Assembly (NCBI RefSeq): GCF_963921235.1 | Contig: NC_086109.1 | Coordinates: 14,758,001-14,822,000 of the forward strand | Direction: 5' to 3' | DNA: 64,000 bases | From: Mobula hypostoma | Lineage: Eukaryota | Shown: one piece after another, positions 51,501 to 64,000 of the stretch | Layout of the letters: each line of letters starts with the position of its first letter | Numbering within the stretch: the stretch's first letter is position 1 | Notes under the pieces: model-generated | Told to the model about the DNA's origin: nothing | The model's input: the letters and a program-made list of their open reading frames with translations, nothing else | Database searches by the model: none | Program-made: the position numbers and the translations under genes

Positions 51501-53880
51501 GCTATTAATATTCGACATATGAAATTTTGGTTACTTGATCGGGACATACTATTTATTCCTAAATGGGTAGCATTGGAATTACAATCTGTTCAGGGTTATA
51601 CACTTGGTTCTATTTTAGGTTCCTCTCTTCCTTTTGATTCGAAACGTCTTAAGCAGGTCTCTAACCCGATAGTTAAATATGCTTTGCGCATTTGGTTTCA
51701 ATTCAGAAAATTTTTTGATCTTAATCAATTCGGGTTAGCGATTCCTATTTTAGGTAACATATTTTTTCCTCCCTCTTTTACGGATCGCGCTTTTCAAACT
51801 TGGAAGACTAAGGGTATTTTACGGTTTTTGGATTTATTTTTAGATGGTTCCCTTATGTCTTTTGAACAATTATCTAACAAATATAACTTATCAAGAATAC
51901 ATTTTTTTAGATATTTACAAGTTAGAAATTTCCTAAGTACTATACTTACTTCCTTTCCAATGCTTCCTCCTATATATATTTTAGATTCGATAATTAACCT
52001 TAATCCATGTCAGAAAGGTGCATCGGCTATGATTTATAATATTATTATGAAACTTAGGAAAGCTCCATTTGATAAGATTAGGGTAGATTGGGAACAGGAA
52101 TTGGGGCTTACCATTTCTGTGGATGATTGGGGGCAGATTTTACAATTAGTTAATACTTCCTCTATTTGTGCTAAACATTCCCTAATTCAATTTAAAGTGG
52201 TTCATAGAGCACATATGTCCAAAGATAAGTTAGCGCGTTTTTACTCGCATATTAATCCTTTCTGTGATAGATGTTCGGGGCAGATAGCCTCTTTAACTCA
52301 TATGTTTTGGTCTTGCCCTACTTTGGAAACTTTTTGGAGAGATATTTTCAATATTATTTCTAAGGTATTAAATATAGATATCTCTCCTCACCCTATTACT
52401 GCTATCTTTGGACTACCTAAAATTTCTAGTAATCTTTCCCCTTCAGCCCGTAGAATGATTGCATTTCTTACTTTAATGGCGAAAAGATGTATTTTACAAC
52501 ATTGGAAAGAGCTTAATGCTCCAACTACCTTTTTTTGGTTTTCTCAGACGATTTTATGTTTGAATCTGGAGAAAATTAGAAGTAACCTTTATGATTCTTC
52601 ATTTAAATTTGAACAGATTTGGGGACCTTTTATTCGATATTTTCATTTAATGTAATATTTACCCTTCTTGTTTTCTCTTCACTGTTTTAATGGAGGTTGG
52701 GATTGAGGACGTGATTTTAAGTCTAACTCTGTTTGGTTTCAAGTTAGCCCATTGCTTTGCTTTGCTTTTAGTTAGTTGCACGGTGGGTTTTTTTTTGGGG
52801 TTTTTTTTTTCTTTTTTTCCATTGATATATATAAAATCTAGTATACTATTATGTTATCTTGGTTTCTTATGCTTAAATTACATTGTTTGTAGTATTTTCT
52901 TTTTGGTATTGTTATCTTTTGGAATTTTATTATACTTTAACATTGTATTAATGTTTATATGGCTTACCTTTTTTGTATACTTACTCAATAAAAAGATTTA
53001 AAAAGAAAGAAAGAAAGAATGAAGCAAAATACTTACAGTTCATCTGCCATTTCTTGTCCCCCATTAGTACCTCTCCAGTGTAATTTTCCAGCAGTCTAAT
53101 ATCTACTCTTGCCTTTTACTCTTTATATATCTAAAACTTCTGGTATTCTCTTTGATATTGTTAGGTAGCTTACCTTCATATTTCATCTTTTCCCCTCTTT
53201 ATGACTTTTTAAATTGCCTTCTGTTGGTGTTTAAAGCACTTCCCAATCCTAACTTCTCACTAATCTTTGCTCTATTATGTGTCCTTTTTTTTTTTGGCTT
53301 TGACGTCCCTTGTTTGCCAGTTGTGTCATCCTACCTTTAGAACACTACTTCTTTGGATGTATACATCTTGCACCTTCCAAATTGCTCCCAGAAACTCCAG
53401 CCATTGCTGCTCTGCTGTCAGCCAGCTCCTCTCACATTCCTCTTACTCCACTCTAATACTGATACAGCTACCTTTAGCTTCTCCCTCTCAAATTGCAGGA
53501 TGAATTCTATTATATTATGATAACTGGCTCCTAAGTGTTCCTTCACCTTAAGCTCCCTGTTCAAATCCAGGTCATTACACAACACCCAAACCAGAATAGC
53601 TGATCCCCTAGTGGGCTCAGGCAGCTGTTCTACAAATCCATCTAGTAAGCATTCTTCAAATTCTCTCTTCAGATTCAGCACCTACTTCTACATCTTCTGA
53701 TCCTATCATCTCAAAGGATTTGATTTCCTATTTACAAACACGCCACCCCCTATACCTACCTGTCTGTACTTTCAATACAATGTGTATCCTTGGATGTTAA
53801 GCTTCCCAAATTCTCTCTTCAGGACCTCCTCACTTTTTTCCTCTGTCATTGGCATCTACATGTACCATGACTTCTGGCTG
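48530..53880 (-). mobile_element. Long decayed CR1 LINE hosting the L1 insertion
   Basis: DVVFLDFQKAFDKVPH, KIADDMKIG and EPTRGSAIL.WVL (endonuclease) motifs; 3' end near 48530. Confidence 0.85.
50156..53014 (+). mobile_element. Young 5'-truncated L1-clade LINE (ORF2 RT and C-terminal CCHC, 3'UTR, A-rich tail)
   Basis: Uninterrupted frame to 52655 with KAPGPDG, YRPISLLN, SLDAEKAFDRVEW, GTRQGCPLSP, YADD and CDRC...HMFWSC. AATAAA plus (GAAA)n tail. TSD AAGAATGAAGC at 50145-50155 and 53015-53025. Confidence 0.92.
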
Positions 53881-55192
53881 CTCACCCTCATTTAAATGTC
53901 ACAGCCAGGTTCAATTCCACTGTTTTGTTTTTGTAATTACGTGGGTTTCCTCCAAGTGCTCCAGGTTCTTCACACATTCCAAAGGTGTACAGGTTAACTG
54001 ATCATATTGCTGTAATTGGATGATGTGGGGTCGTTGGGCAAAGAAGTGACAGACAGATGGAATCCAGAAACAGATCATCACATTTAATTAGTCCAAATTA
54101 CTTTAGCACATATCTGGAACCCAGTGTAGGTGTCAAGCCATCAATTAAATTCAGAGATCTGGTAGGAAAATGAGAACAAGGCAAATAATCATGTATCCCG
54201 ATTTTATTAATGAACCTGACTTACTCCAGTTCTAATACTTCCAACCATTCTTAACACATTAACTTCCTAATTCTTTACTATTATTCACTACACCAGAACT
54301 GTGTACACTCACAGATTATTCAGGCTTATGAATGGAAGATATTTGGACAATAAAAATCCAACAATGTGGAGAAAGAACATAAGGCAATCTACCATATACT
54401 TATTGGATTACAAGATAACCCTTATTTACTTGCTAACAATCAGGCACACAATATACTCCTATTTACACCCACTGCCATTTGAGTATGAACTCAACAGCAC
54501 AGCTCTTCGTCAGCATTTGGAACACAACCACTAAAAGAATAATCATGCTTTGAAGGTATAAAGACCCTCTGTAGTATAAAAACACGCTAGTAGGCATCCA
54601 TCAGTCCCTTGAAGCCTGCTCCCCACTATTTAACATGATCAAGGATGAACTATGATGGCCTCAATTTCTTTTTTGTACCATTTTTACACATCCCTCAATC
54701 TATCAAACATTTATCCACCCCAACATTAAATACTCAGTGATCCAGCTTCCACCATCTATCAGGGTATATATAGAATTCCAGAGATTCAGTACCCACAAGA
54801 AATTTCTATGTACTTCAGTTTTATCTGACCGGCAGTTTATCTTGCTCTTTTACCCCACTGTTCAAGACTTTGCCATTTGAGAAAATATCCCAACATCTAC
54901 TCTGAAAAGCCCCCTTAGGATTTTAAAGTTTGAATAAAGCAAACCATATTATTTATTTTGTAACTTCCAGTAATGTTTGCACACTACTGTGGCAACAAAA
55001 CAAAATTTACATCATGAAATATTAAACCTGACTAAACCCAGATACAGTCCATTTCTTTCCTGATAGGGCACCCTCTCAACCCAGGACTTAGCCTGGAGAA
55101 AAGGAAATATCTTTGTTCAGCTATACCGCTTTGCAGCATCTACAGGAACACAGCACAAAGTGAAAAAATAACTTGACAGGCTTCAGATTCTT

Positions 55193-55198
55193 TTTATT
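55193..55198 (-). terminator. Candidate polyadenylation signal of PPP1R15B
   Basis: AATAAA on the minus strand, followed by a U/GU-rich tract (TTATTTTTTCACTTTGTGCTGTG). Confidence 0.5.
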
Positions 55199-58186
55199 TG
55201 TAATTTCAAATTTTTTTCTTAAGTGCTTAATGCACCATTAGTAATTCACCTTTTAATACAATTTGATGGGGAATTATAAATTAATTTTATAGCCATTTAC
55301 CAATAATTAACAAATCTGATGCAAAATATAGTTCTTTATACATTTTACAGATTTGCAAAAAATTTACAGAAGAATTAGATGCTTGGTAAATTAAAACTCA
55401 AACTGAGGGCAAACGGTGCAAAGTAGCATCTCTTGCTAATCGGTCTTCAGGAACTCTCATACCTCACAGAGATATTCAAAAATGGGGATTACAGAATGCA
55501 AGGGAAAAAAAAACAAGCTGACGCTGGATTTGTGTCGTGGCAATTCTGATCATTTTGACCATCTTTTCCAACAGCTGCTGAGATCAGCTCCAACTGCTTA
55601 CCGGAGTCCCTCAAAACAAAATTCTGAGAGTAAGCTTGCACATTTGCCAAGTGAGGAATGTGAACAGCAGCAGATAATGCATGGTCAGCCAGCATTTCCT
55701 TATGCTTTCTTTAGTTTGAGTAACCATTCTTTTCAGGTGAGCAGATTCACCAGTAGAGACGCATCATCTGACCAGAAAAGGTGCCCTGATGCAGGGTAAA
55801 GGAGTGCTTACCAATGTTTCTCTATTAACAAAGCAACACCCCATCTTTTTGTTTATTTTAAAAGGAGTACCTTAAGTACTCAAGTTCATTGTACAAGTAC
55901 TGCTAAGTTTGTGAGAAATGTAACACTTCAGTAAGCTAAAACACTTGATGGAATTTTAGACCCCAAGTTTGCAAGTTATTGTTGGAAATGAAAGCTAAGC
56001 AGTATTTAAAGCATCAATCATCATTAGCATGTGAGTAAGACTGTTGAAAAGTGGTTGTTATCAATTACACATAGCTCAGTTTCAGCAATTATTTAAAAAT
56101 GAAATAATGGGAAGCGACCCAATACATTTCTGTTCACGAAGTCTTGAGAAAGGGATTGAAATGTGATTTTAAATGTGACTTGTACTGCATTTTAAAACAT
56201 GGCAGGGGTTGCACATAGACAACCAAGTAGTTGGAACAAATTAGTGCTCAATTTTCACAAAAAAATTGAGCAAAATATTGATTTCACAGCCCATGAGCAG
56301 AAAGATGTTATGATTAGTTACTAACAGTGCATTACAGTTGGGTAGGTAGTATAGTAATCTGATAATGCTTAACACACTGGGGAAAAAAAATCAGGCATCA
56401 TCAGTGGGAAGAAAAATAAAGGTTACAAGTCACTTTCCTTTGATTGGGTCACTTACCTGAAACAGTAGCACTTTCTTCCCTCAAATGCTGCAATACGTAG
56501 TGTCCTTATATCAAATTAGCTGTTGAATGGGTAGCTAATAACTACCTAAAACTGTAGCACACAGACTGCAGAATTCACCTTACACCACAATTCCTTTTAC
56601 CAGCTTACACTCCTATATAATCAGGTAGCATCAAATCTTTTTACACCAAATTATTAAAAGAACTAGTGAAGTCTTTCCGTTAGCCAAATTGTTAGAATGA
56701 CATGGATTGAATTGGCTGAAAGCAAATGAAAAGTTTTCAAAAGGGAGGAGGGGAAGTAGAGCACTACAGTGAAAGAGTAAGGGAGTGTGAGAAGTTAATG
56801 ATCGTTCTTTCAAATATTTGGTTTAAGGATGATAGCTCAAATAGCCACCCCCTGTGGCAAGGTTTCTGCTTAGAGAAAACAGTGAGAACTCCCTTCTGCA
56901 CATCCTAGTGGAGCTAAATAGGTAAATGATTCAATTGTAATCCATTGAAATACACAAGCCCATATAAAAAATCTAACCACGTCGCTTCAAAGCTATAATT
57001 CTAGGTATTGACAATGAATTAAATTATTGGTCCTAACAATTCAAACTATTTTCTTTCACAACTTATTTAAATCAAGACTTCCCTTTCTCCTGATATATTT
57101 AAAAGAGGTTACAAATCCTTAAAGATACCGGGGGGGGGGGGGGGGGAAGAGAAGGAAAAATGGGATAGCAAATTAGTGCACACAATTTCCTTCATATCAA
57201 TAGATGTGAACTAAAAATAAGTAGTTACCTAGTGAAACTGAAAAATGAAGTGACTCCAGTGTTGTCATACTGCAATCTAGCTATTATGTGGAATGCATCA
57301 TAAAATATGCAGAGGACTCACCAGGAAACTGAATGCAGTAGAAATTTAAAAGTTAACAAGGCTAAAGGAGTAATACAGGCCAAAACAATTTAAAACTTAA
57401 TCTCTAAAGAATTTACCTCTTTTCTTAGTTGACCTCTATAATAAAAGCAGTTATTTCTGTGCTGCTTTGAAGGATCAGATGTTAAAAATGTGAACTGGTC
57501 TACTGCTTGGTTTATAATACACTACTGTTCAGAGTGCAGCAGTGAAGACCAACCTTTCAAGATTTACACTTCAGAAACCCTCACCCCAAACAGTAATGTC
57601 AATGCCAAAAATTCAGTTTTAAGAAATTATCTGGAGTGGTGCAGTGGATAAATTACAGTACCATTCCACAGGCCTGAATCAAATCCCACTTGACGGCTCT
57701 GGAATTGAGTTAGCCAGAATGGACAAATAGCTTCCTTGTGTGATGAAACAAATATTAAAAACATTGGGTAAGATCCTTTAAAATTTTGCCCTAAAACACA
57801 TGATTTTCAGAATGAAACTCAGATGTAATCTGAGCTTTGGAATTTTAAAATAAAGTCATTTTCCCCCTTTAATCCTTCTGTTCTTTGATGAAGTGCCTCA
57901 GTCCCATTGCAGTTGAACACCACATTGAATCAAGATACATCTTCCAAATACTTACATTTGCTTTTTGTCTAAGGTGAATCACAGAGGACTTAACACTTCT
58001 ACAAAGTCTTTGCATCAATCCAGATTTCAGTAAAAAGGGAGTAAATTACTATCACCACAATATTAGGTAACTGATTGAACAAAGTGTGTGTTAATCTTCA
58101 TAAACCATAACTGTCTCCAAATGGGGCACAGAAATTGACCTAATGGCAGCATATACAACTTTCACACAGAAGCCATCTTGCGCATT

Positions 58187-58252
58187 GGGGAAACCAAGCA
58201 TAAAGTGGCAGGGGAAACCAAGCATAAAGTGGCAGAGAAAGCCAAGCATAAA
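58187..58252. repeat. 24-bp tandem repeat (about 2.7 copies)
   Basis: GGGGAAACCAAGCATAAAGTGGCA twice plus a variant partial copy. Confidence 0.85.
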
Positions 58253-58493
58253 AAAGTGAAAACTATTAGGAGCATAAGACCTGATGATAATTAAGAGAAC
58301 TAAAGCTCACAATAGTGCCTAAACAATATTGGACTCCTTTGATGACGCTTCTCAGTAGCCTCAAATGTGATTATTTCACCCAACCACCATCCTGTCAGAT
58401 GACATTGCATGGTTCAAACAAATCTGAGGATTAATCTGTCAATAGTCTAATTAGCAAAGGATGTGAGCTTTGTTTTTCTCAATCCTATCTGTA

Positions 58494-58685
58494 CTAGCTC
58501 TCCATCTGCAATCGTTTCAGTACAGTCCATCGGTGTTTAAGAGTAAAACAATAACCAATACTTTCTTCAGTTTCTTTGATTCGCTTCTGGAATCTGCAGC
58601 GATCCCGAGCATATTCTTCCCAAGGACCTTTACGGATCTCTTCGCTGCTTACATAGTATTCGGTGACATGTTCATCAAAGGTAAC
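58494..58685 (-). CDS. PPP1R15B: PPP1R15B last coding exon (PP1/eIF2alpha-binding C-terminal domain)
   Basis: Acceptor ...cctacatttag, then [63 protein letters not shown]. Splicing to the upstream exon gives KRVTF (RVxF). [11 protein letters not shown] is typical of PPP1R15. Absent from the ORF track because it has no start codon. Confidence 0.93.
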   Translation of the reverse strand, partial: VTFDEHVTEYYVSSEEIRKGPWEEYARDRCRFQKRIKETEESIGYCFTLKHRWTVLKRLQMES

Positions 58686-60174
58686 CTAAATGTAGGAAGG
58701 GGAAAAAGGTGGCTTTAGCAGTTGTAGATATTTAATATTGCAGCTGCAGCAGATAATGGACATCAAATTCCTGTGCAATTTTCTCCCCAATGTCAACTCA
58801 CATTGAGATGTACAGTACATTGATCAGTCCATTATACAACTTAGATAAGGACGAGAACATGTTTCTTTCACAGATCAAATTTGGTAGATATGGCTTCAAA
58901 TTATGGTAACATTCTGGAATACCAGTAATTAAAGTTAGAAATTCAACACAAATTGCAAACTCCTCAAAATACAATGGAAAAAGTGACCTTGAAACCCTGC
59001 TAAATTTAAAATGCAGATGCTGCCTGGAGTTCTGTATTAGAGGGCTTTAATTTTGACTAAAAAGTGCTGTGGATGCCAGCATACCAGGATTCCCCTGCCA
59101 ACAACAAAATTCTCACTTCTTGTCTCGCAGCATCCCATCTCAACTCAACCCTCCCTGTCAACACCCACCCCCACCCCCCCAACCCCAACACAGTCAATTC
59201 AGGATTTCACTGCTTGAGACAATAATAGTATGCAGTAACGCAGAAAATCTATCAGGAGAGCCCATTAAAGTCCCAAGCATGCCAGAATATTTGAGTTTTG
59301 CTGTTATAAGAACCAGCAAAAAGAACTCTTTCCACTGACCTTCAGCGATTTCGCTTGGAAATACCTGTAAATGAGTATCAAACAAAAGAGTGGGGAAAGC
59401 TGGATGAAAGCTCAAGAATAGTCAAATCCCAGCTATCAAGAGCATCACAGCAAATTCTGTAATATCACTAACAGGTATTCTAGAAATTCAGCAAGAGAAA
59501 CAGGATGGGCTGCTACTGTGGCCATTGTAATTAATGCAGACACAGCTAGCGATAACAGGCCCAATAATAAATTACCTCAAGTCACGTGAAGAGTAAAAAG
59601 CTTCTGTATTAATAACCAGCATGCTATTTGTAACTAACAACACATATTCCCAAATGAAAGTAACATCATTGTTATGCTGTGACTTAACCACACACAGGAA
59701 TAAAAATATACACTGATTATCATTGAGTACTCAGCTCAAGCAGGGAGCACTTTAAAAAATGACAGTTCTGCAGAAGGCATGATTTTGCGAAATTTTTAAA
59801 ATATCAGGAGGGGTCATTATAGAGTAGGGTGTGTTTTAATTTTAAAGCTGTGACAGGTTAAGAAATGGTGCTGCTTTCCCGGAATCGCAGCTATGTATCA
59901 ACTATCAGTTTCATTATGCAAGCACATTTCAGGAAATTTCATTGCAATGAACTTCTTCATGATAACAACTCACCACACGAACACTGTACTAACACACTTT
60001 GCTTGGAATTAGAAATCAAGGTTTCAACTGGGAAATAAATGACAAATGAAATTGAGACATTTTCTTTTATAATTATGAAGGCAGAGCTTGATTTTTACTT
60101 AAAGTTCTGGTACAGTAGCTAGTATTACATATGCAGAAATAAATCAGTGCATTATTATGAACAGTCTTCAGGCC

Positions 60175-61090
60175 ACAAGATGTAGAAGCAGAATTAGGGC
60201 ATTCAACTTATTTGAGTATTTTCCATCATTCCATCATGGTTGATTTACTATCCCTCTCAACCGCACTCTCCTGCCTTCTCCTAACTTTTGATGCCCTTTC
60301 TAATCACAAACTCATCAAAATCCACTTTAAATAAACTCAATGATTCAGCCTCCATAGCTGTCTGTGACAATGAATTCCATTGATTCACCAACCTCTGGCC
60401 AAAGAAAATCCTCCTCACTAGTTCTAAAGGGGTGTCCCATTCTCCTAGACTCTCCCATTAATGGAAATAGCCTCTCCACATCCACTCTATATTCAGACAG
60501 TTTCAGTGAGACACCCCTTATTCTTCTAATCTCCAGCAAGTACAGGCCCAGTGCCATCAAATGTTTCTCATACATTAACCCTTTCATTGCCTGCATCATT
60601 TTCATAAACCTCCTCCTGATCCTCTGCATTGGCAGCACATCCTTTCTTAGATAAGGGGCCCAAAACTGCTCACAATACTCCAAGTGCAGTCTGACCAATG
60701 TGTTCTGAAGTCTCAGCCGTACATTCTTGCTTTTGTAATCTTGCCCTCTGGAAAAGAAGGCTAACACCGCACTTTCCTTCCTTACTACCAACTCAACCTG
60801 CAAGTTAACCCTTAGGAATCTGACACTAGAACTCTCAAAAGTCCCTTTGCACTTCTGAGTTCTGAATTTGCTCCACATTTAGAAAACAGTCCACACCTTT
60901 ATTCCTTCTACCACACTGCAGTTCCTACACTGTATTCCATCTGCTACTTATTTGCCCATTCTATTCTGTCCAAGTCCTTCTGCAGACTTGCTGTTTCCTC
61001 AGCACTATCTACACCCCTACACCCATATTTGTATCATCCGCAAACTTGGCCACAAAGCCATCAATTCCATCATCCAAATCATTAACATTC
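60175..61090 (-). mobile_element. CR1 fragment in the PPP1R15B intron
   Basis: LVRLHLEYCEQFWAPYLRKD. Confidence 0.8.
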
Positions 61091-61244
61091 AAAGGTGCAT
61101 CATAATGCTGAAAATGGACTGTGCCACTTAACCATACAAAATATAAGGCAATTTGCTAGAGCTAACTCAGCTGGTCTATAAAACTGCTTTCTGCAACATG
61201 GGTCAGCAATATCCATGCAAATTAATTCCAAGTGACCTGACCAG

Positions 61245-61410
61245 CTTTCAAATCCCTTACTCACTCTTCCTTCAGTTAGTCCTGACGAAGGGTCTCGGCC
61301 TGAAACGTTGACTGCGCCTCTTCCTATAGATGCTGCTTGGCCTGCTGCGTTCACCAGCAACTTTGATGTATGTTGTTTGAATTTCCAGCATCTGCAGAAT
61401 TCCTGTTGTT
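61245..61410 (+). mobile_element. Penelope-like 3' end in the PPP1R15B intron
   Basis: Very similar to the 45740-45869 end. Confidence 0.8.
61277..61314 (+). ncRNA. Minimal type-I hammerhead ribozyme motif
   Basis: tagtc CTGACGA agggtctcggcct GAAAC GTT gactg; core and ACGT palindrome retained. Confidence 0.72.
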
Positions 61411-61589
61411 TCCAATCAGTTTTAACTGACTATTTATCCCTTCACACTGAGAAACTATTGCAGAGTCTAAGATATCCAAACATTAAAACTGCACTCTGCA
61501 CACCATTTCCAGGAAAGGACTAAGGCTGTGGATTTAACTTATACAGAAATAGAAACCACAAGGCACCAGAGCCAAGCTCCCAAAAAAAA

Positions 61590-61925
61590 GTGGATTCCCT
61601 TCAGTTAATTGGGACAGCCACTTACTTGGGACAACTTTTAAAGAACAAAAACTAGTCAAGGAAATAGCTGGGGTTCCCTTCATTTATTTGGGACAAGGAG
61701 GCTCTTACCAAACAGTATCTAACTAGTACCAGTTGCATGTCTGTGCGTGGCTGTTAGCCACTACACTGTGCTCAGAGTGAAGTGTTTTTTTTTAAAAATA
61801 GTGCCAGTTTCTTGTGCTTCTATACAAAAAGCATTAATTTTTTCACTAACAGTTAGCGAGAAATAAGCAAGATAATTCAGTGAGTTTTGCTCACTGCAGT
61901 TTCAAGTATTCGGAAATGCCAGAAT
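61590..61925 (+). mobile_element. Tigger/pogo-like relic, same family as 25307-26080
   Basis: gtggattcc...cagttaattgggacagccactt...ttgggacaacttttaaagaacaaaa is shared with about 25309-25385. Confidence 0.6.
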
Positions 61926-63490
61926 TTCCAAAGTCTTAAGAAATATCAGTAACATATTCCTCAGAGAAATGAACAGATGTTTAATACAAATCACCACCAT
62001 GCTCATAATGTTTCATTAAGGGACAGTAAAATTGAAAGTGTCTAAAAACTTATGAAAATTAAATTAAAAAGATAAGGAAAAATAAAGTCAATAATGGAAA
62101 CTTGTTATGCTTTTAAAATGTAATGACATTCAATATCGCACATTGTGTGCAATTTTCAATGCAACGGCTTTACATCGTGCCATTAAAATGGCCATCGTGT
62201 CATTGCCAATTATGTCGATGTTCCAAGAAATGAATAACTAAAATAAACAGGCAGGTACAGCCAAGAAGAAATGCTGTGTTGGCCTTTATTAGAAGTGCAG
62301 AAGTGGTTTTTACACTGAAACTGCCTGTAAAGGGTTTGTCTGCATCAGGAGCATCTATACATTTGTTTCTGGGTCTGCTGAATGATCAACTTATCAATAG
62401 CAAGAAACCATAAAAGATAAAGTTTGGTATTCTTGCCAATTTGCACAGAACATTTTCAAAGATCTCTCACCTTTGCCTGCATTATGTAGAAATGGAAGAC
62501 AATAAATGGCTCTTTATTGCAATGCTGATCAAAACACTATGCAGAACCAAATATTGTTTTGCAGAACAAACTATATTATTTCTTCAGTGCTATCAAATGC
62601 TGATACTGAAATGCATTGCAACAACAAATAGTTAAGATCTTAAGCAGCCAACCAGAGTGGACTGATATTTAAAAAGTTTGTAATTACAATCTGTCTTAAC
62701 TGCACAGCATCTCAGGACAAAACTGAAAAAAAAAACACATTGGTTACCGGGGATTACCCAGGAATAATGTAGAAATCCTTTGGAAGGATTAAGAGAACAC
62801 CAAATACATCAGAGTAGGACGAATATTTTGAAAGGGAATATTCAACATAATGGAAGCTCAGCAGTGCATTCTCTCTACACCTCTGCAACCCCAAAAAGTA
62901 TATAGCTATCTTCTGCTCCTTAGCATATCTCCACTACATTTCAAGAACTGAAGCAAAGATAAAAGCCTACAGGACTCAGAAATGGAACATGAAAGTTTTT
63001 TTATGTTACAGATCTCAGCATTCATATTACTTTGAATTTCTGAAACTGCCTCATCACATCCAGCAATACAGCAAAACATTTAAAGAGGAACAAACGTTCC
63101 AACTAGCAGCAATTCACCCATGTATCTTCATTTTCTACAATACACTGTAACTAATAAATTTGAAAAATAAGTTTGCAAAAGATTTAGATTTCATTACAAA
63201 CCCATTTAACTGCTCCTTCAATTACTCCCATAATCCAGAAACCTCAAGGACTCTTCCAGACTAATGGATGACCTACCTCAACACATTTTAATTCACTTTC
63301 TTTTAGATATTATGCCATAATAGAATAATTCTGTCAGTAAACTAGTTTAGAGGGGAGCTTTACTTACATTAATTTCTTGAAACATTTAATCAAGTAATAT
63401 CAGGAAATTTTTAAAAAAGCCCAAAACCTATTGATCCCTATACACACCCACTAGTAGCAAGAATGTACAAGCAAAACAGAAAATAATTAC

Positions 63491-64000
63491 CCTTTTGCAG
63501 CATTTTCTTTGCAAAGGCAATTCAACATGTGACTCATCCTGAATAATCTCAGAAAACCCACTGTCTAGTCGGTCCTCAAGGTCTTCTATTATGGGCAAGC
63601 ATGGCAGAGACTGCTGGGGATGACTCGGTTCAAATGAAGTTCTAGTTTCTAACTTGTGCTGAGTTTTAATGGAAGCTTTAAAGTTCAGAAGGTTGTATGG
63701 ATCAGAGGATTCAGGAAAAGGATTCTGGAGATCTACACTGCTGTCTGAGAGTTCAGAACTTTCATCACTGTCAAATCCATCACTGTCCCAATCACTGTCA
63801 TCCTCGCTATCATCATCTTCATCATCACTGTCTGGGCTTCCTAAAATGTAGGCTATCGTTTTATTAGAGCACTGAGGTCTGGCTAGGGAAAGGCTGATTT
63901 CTTCTTCCTCGGAGTCACCCTCTGTATCATCACTACTGTCCCACTCATCATCCCCCAAGGATATCACCTTATTCTCAATTTCCAAACGATTACAGGTGGC
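63491..64000 (-). CDS. PPP1R15B: Protein phosphatase 1 regulatory subunit 15B (CReP), 3' part of the large acidic coding exon (partial, open to the window edge)
   Basis: Open frame from 64000 (ATCNRLEIENK...) with D/E/S-rich segments, NKTIAYILG, DSDWDSDGFDSD and SDPYNLLNFKA. Ends ...CCKR at phase 0 before the donor GTAATT at 63490. Confidence 0.9.

Larger units (their letters stand above)
55175..58493 (-). other. PPP1R15B: Probable PPP1R15B 3'UTR
   Basis: AT-rich stretch after the stop codon with no recognisable TE. It ends near a minus-strand AATAAA (55198-55193). Confidence 0.55.

Noticed and set aside
52690..53001. 103-aa hydrophobic ORF after L1 ORF2
   Set aside because: It is a translation of the T-rich 3'UTR with no recognisable motif.

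Overview
This is vertebrate genomic DNA, very rich in transposons. The repeat content (CR1, Rex/Babar, V-SINEs, Neptune-type Penelope-like elements, Tc1) suggests a cartilaginous fish, probably a ray (inference). Two host genes lie on the minus strand. The first is the 3' part of PPP1R15B/CReP: the end of a large acidic coding exon (63491-64000), the last coding exon (58494-58685) and a probable ~3.3 kb 3'UTR. The second, downstream of it, is the first three coding exons of a WW-domain PLEKHA gene (27264 to 26826), most likely PLEKHA6 by synteny; positions 1-26825 are probably its long third intron. The rest is mostly mobile DNA: a decayed class-I-like ERV pol, a young 5'-truncated L1 nested in a CR1, many LINE/SINE fragments and DNA-transposon relics. 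Most interesting: (i) many minimal type-I hammerhead ribozyme motifs in Penelope-like ends, three insertions being TSD-flanked palindromes with a shared asymmetric design; (ii) a ~1.9 kb foldback-like structure whose inverted arms carry 41-bp tandem arrays (about 20065-21975); (iii) a second Penelope-type terminal remnant with CCAAT/TATA, a decayed hammerhead and a phase-compatible splice donor inside the PLEKHA intron. Repeat family names are recognised by eye and most repeat boundaries are approximate.
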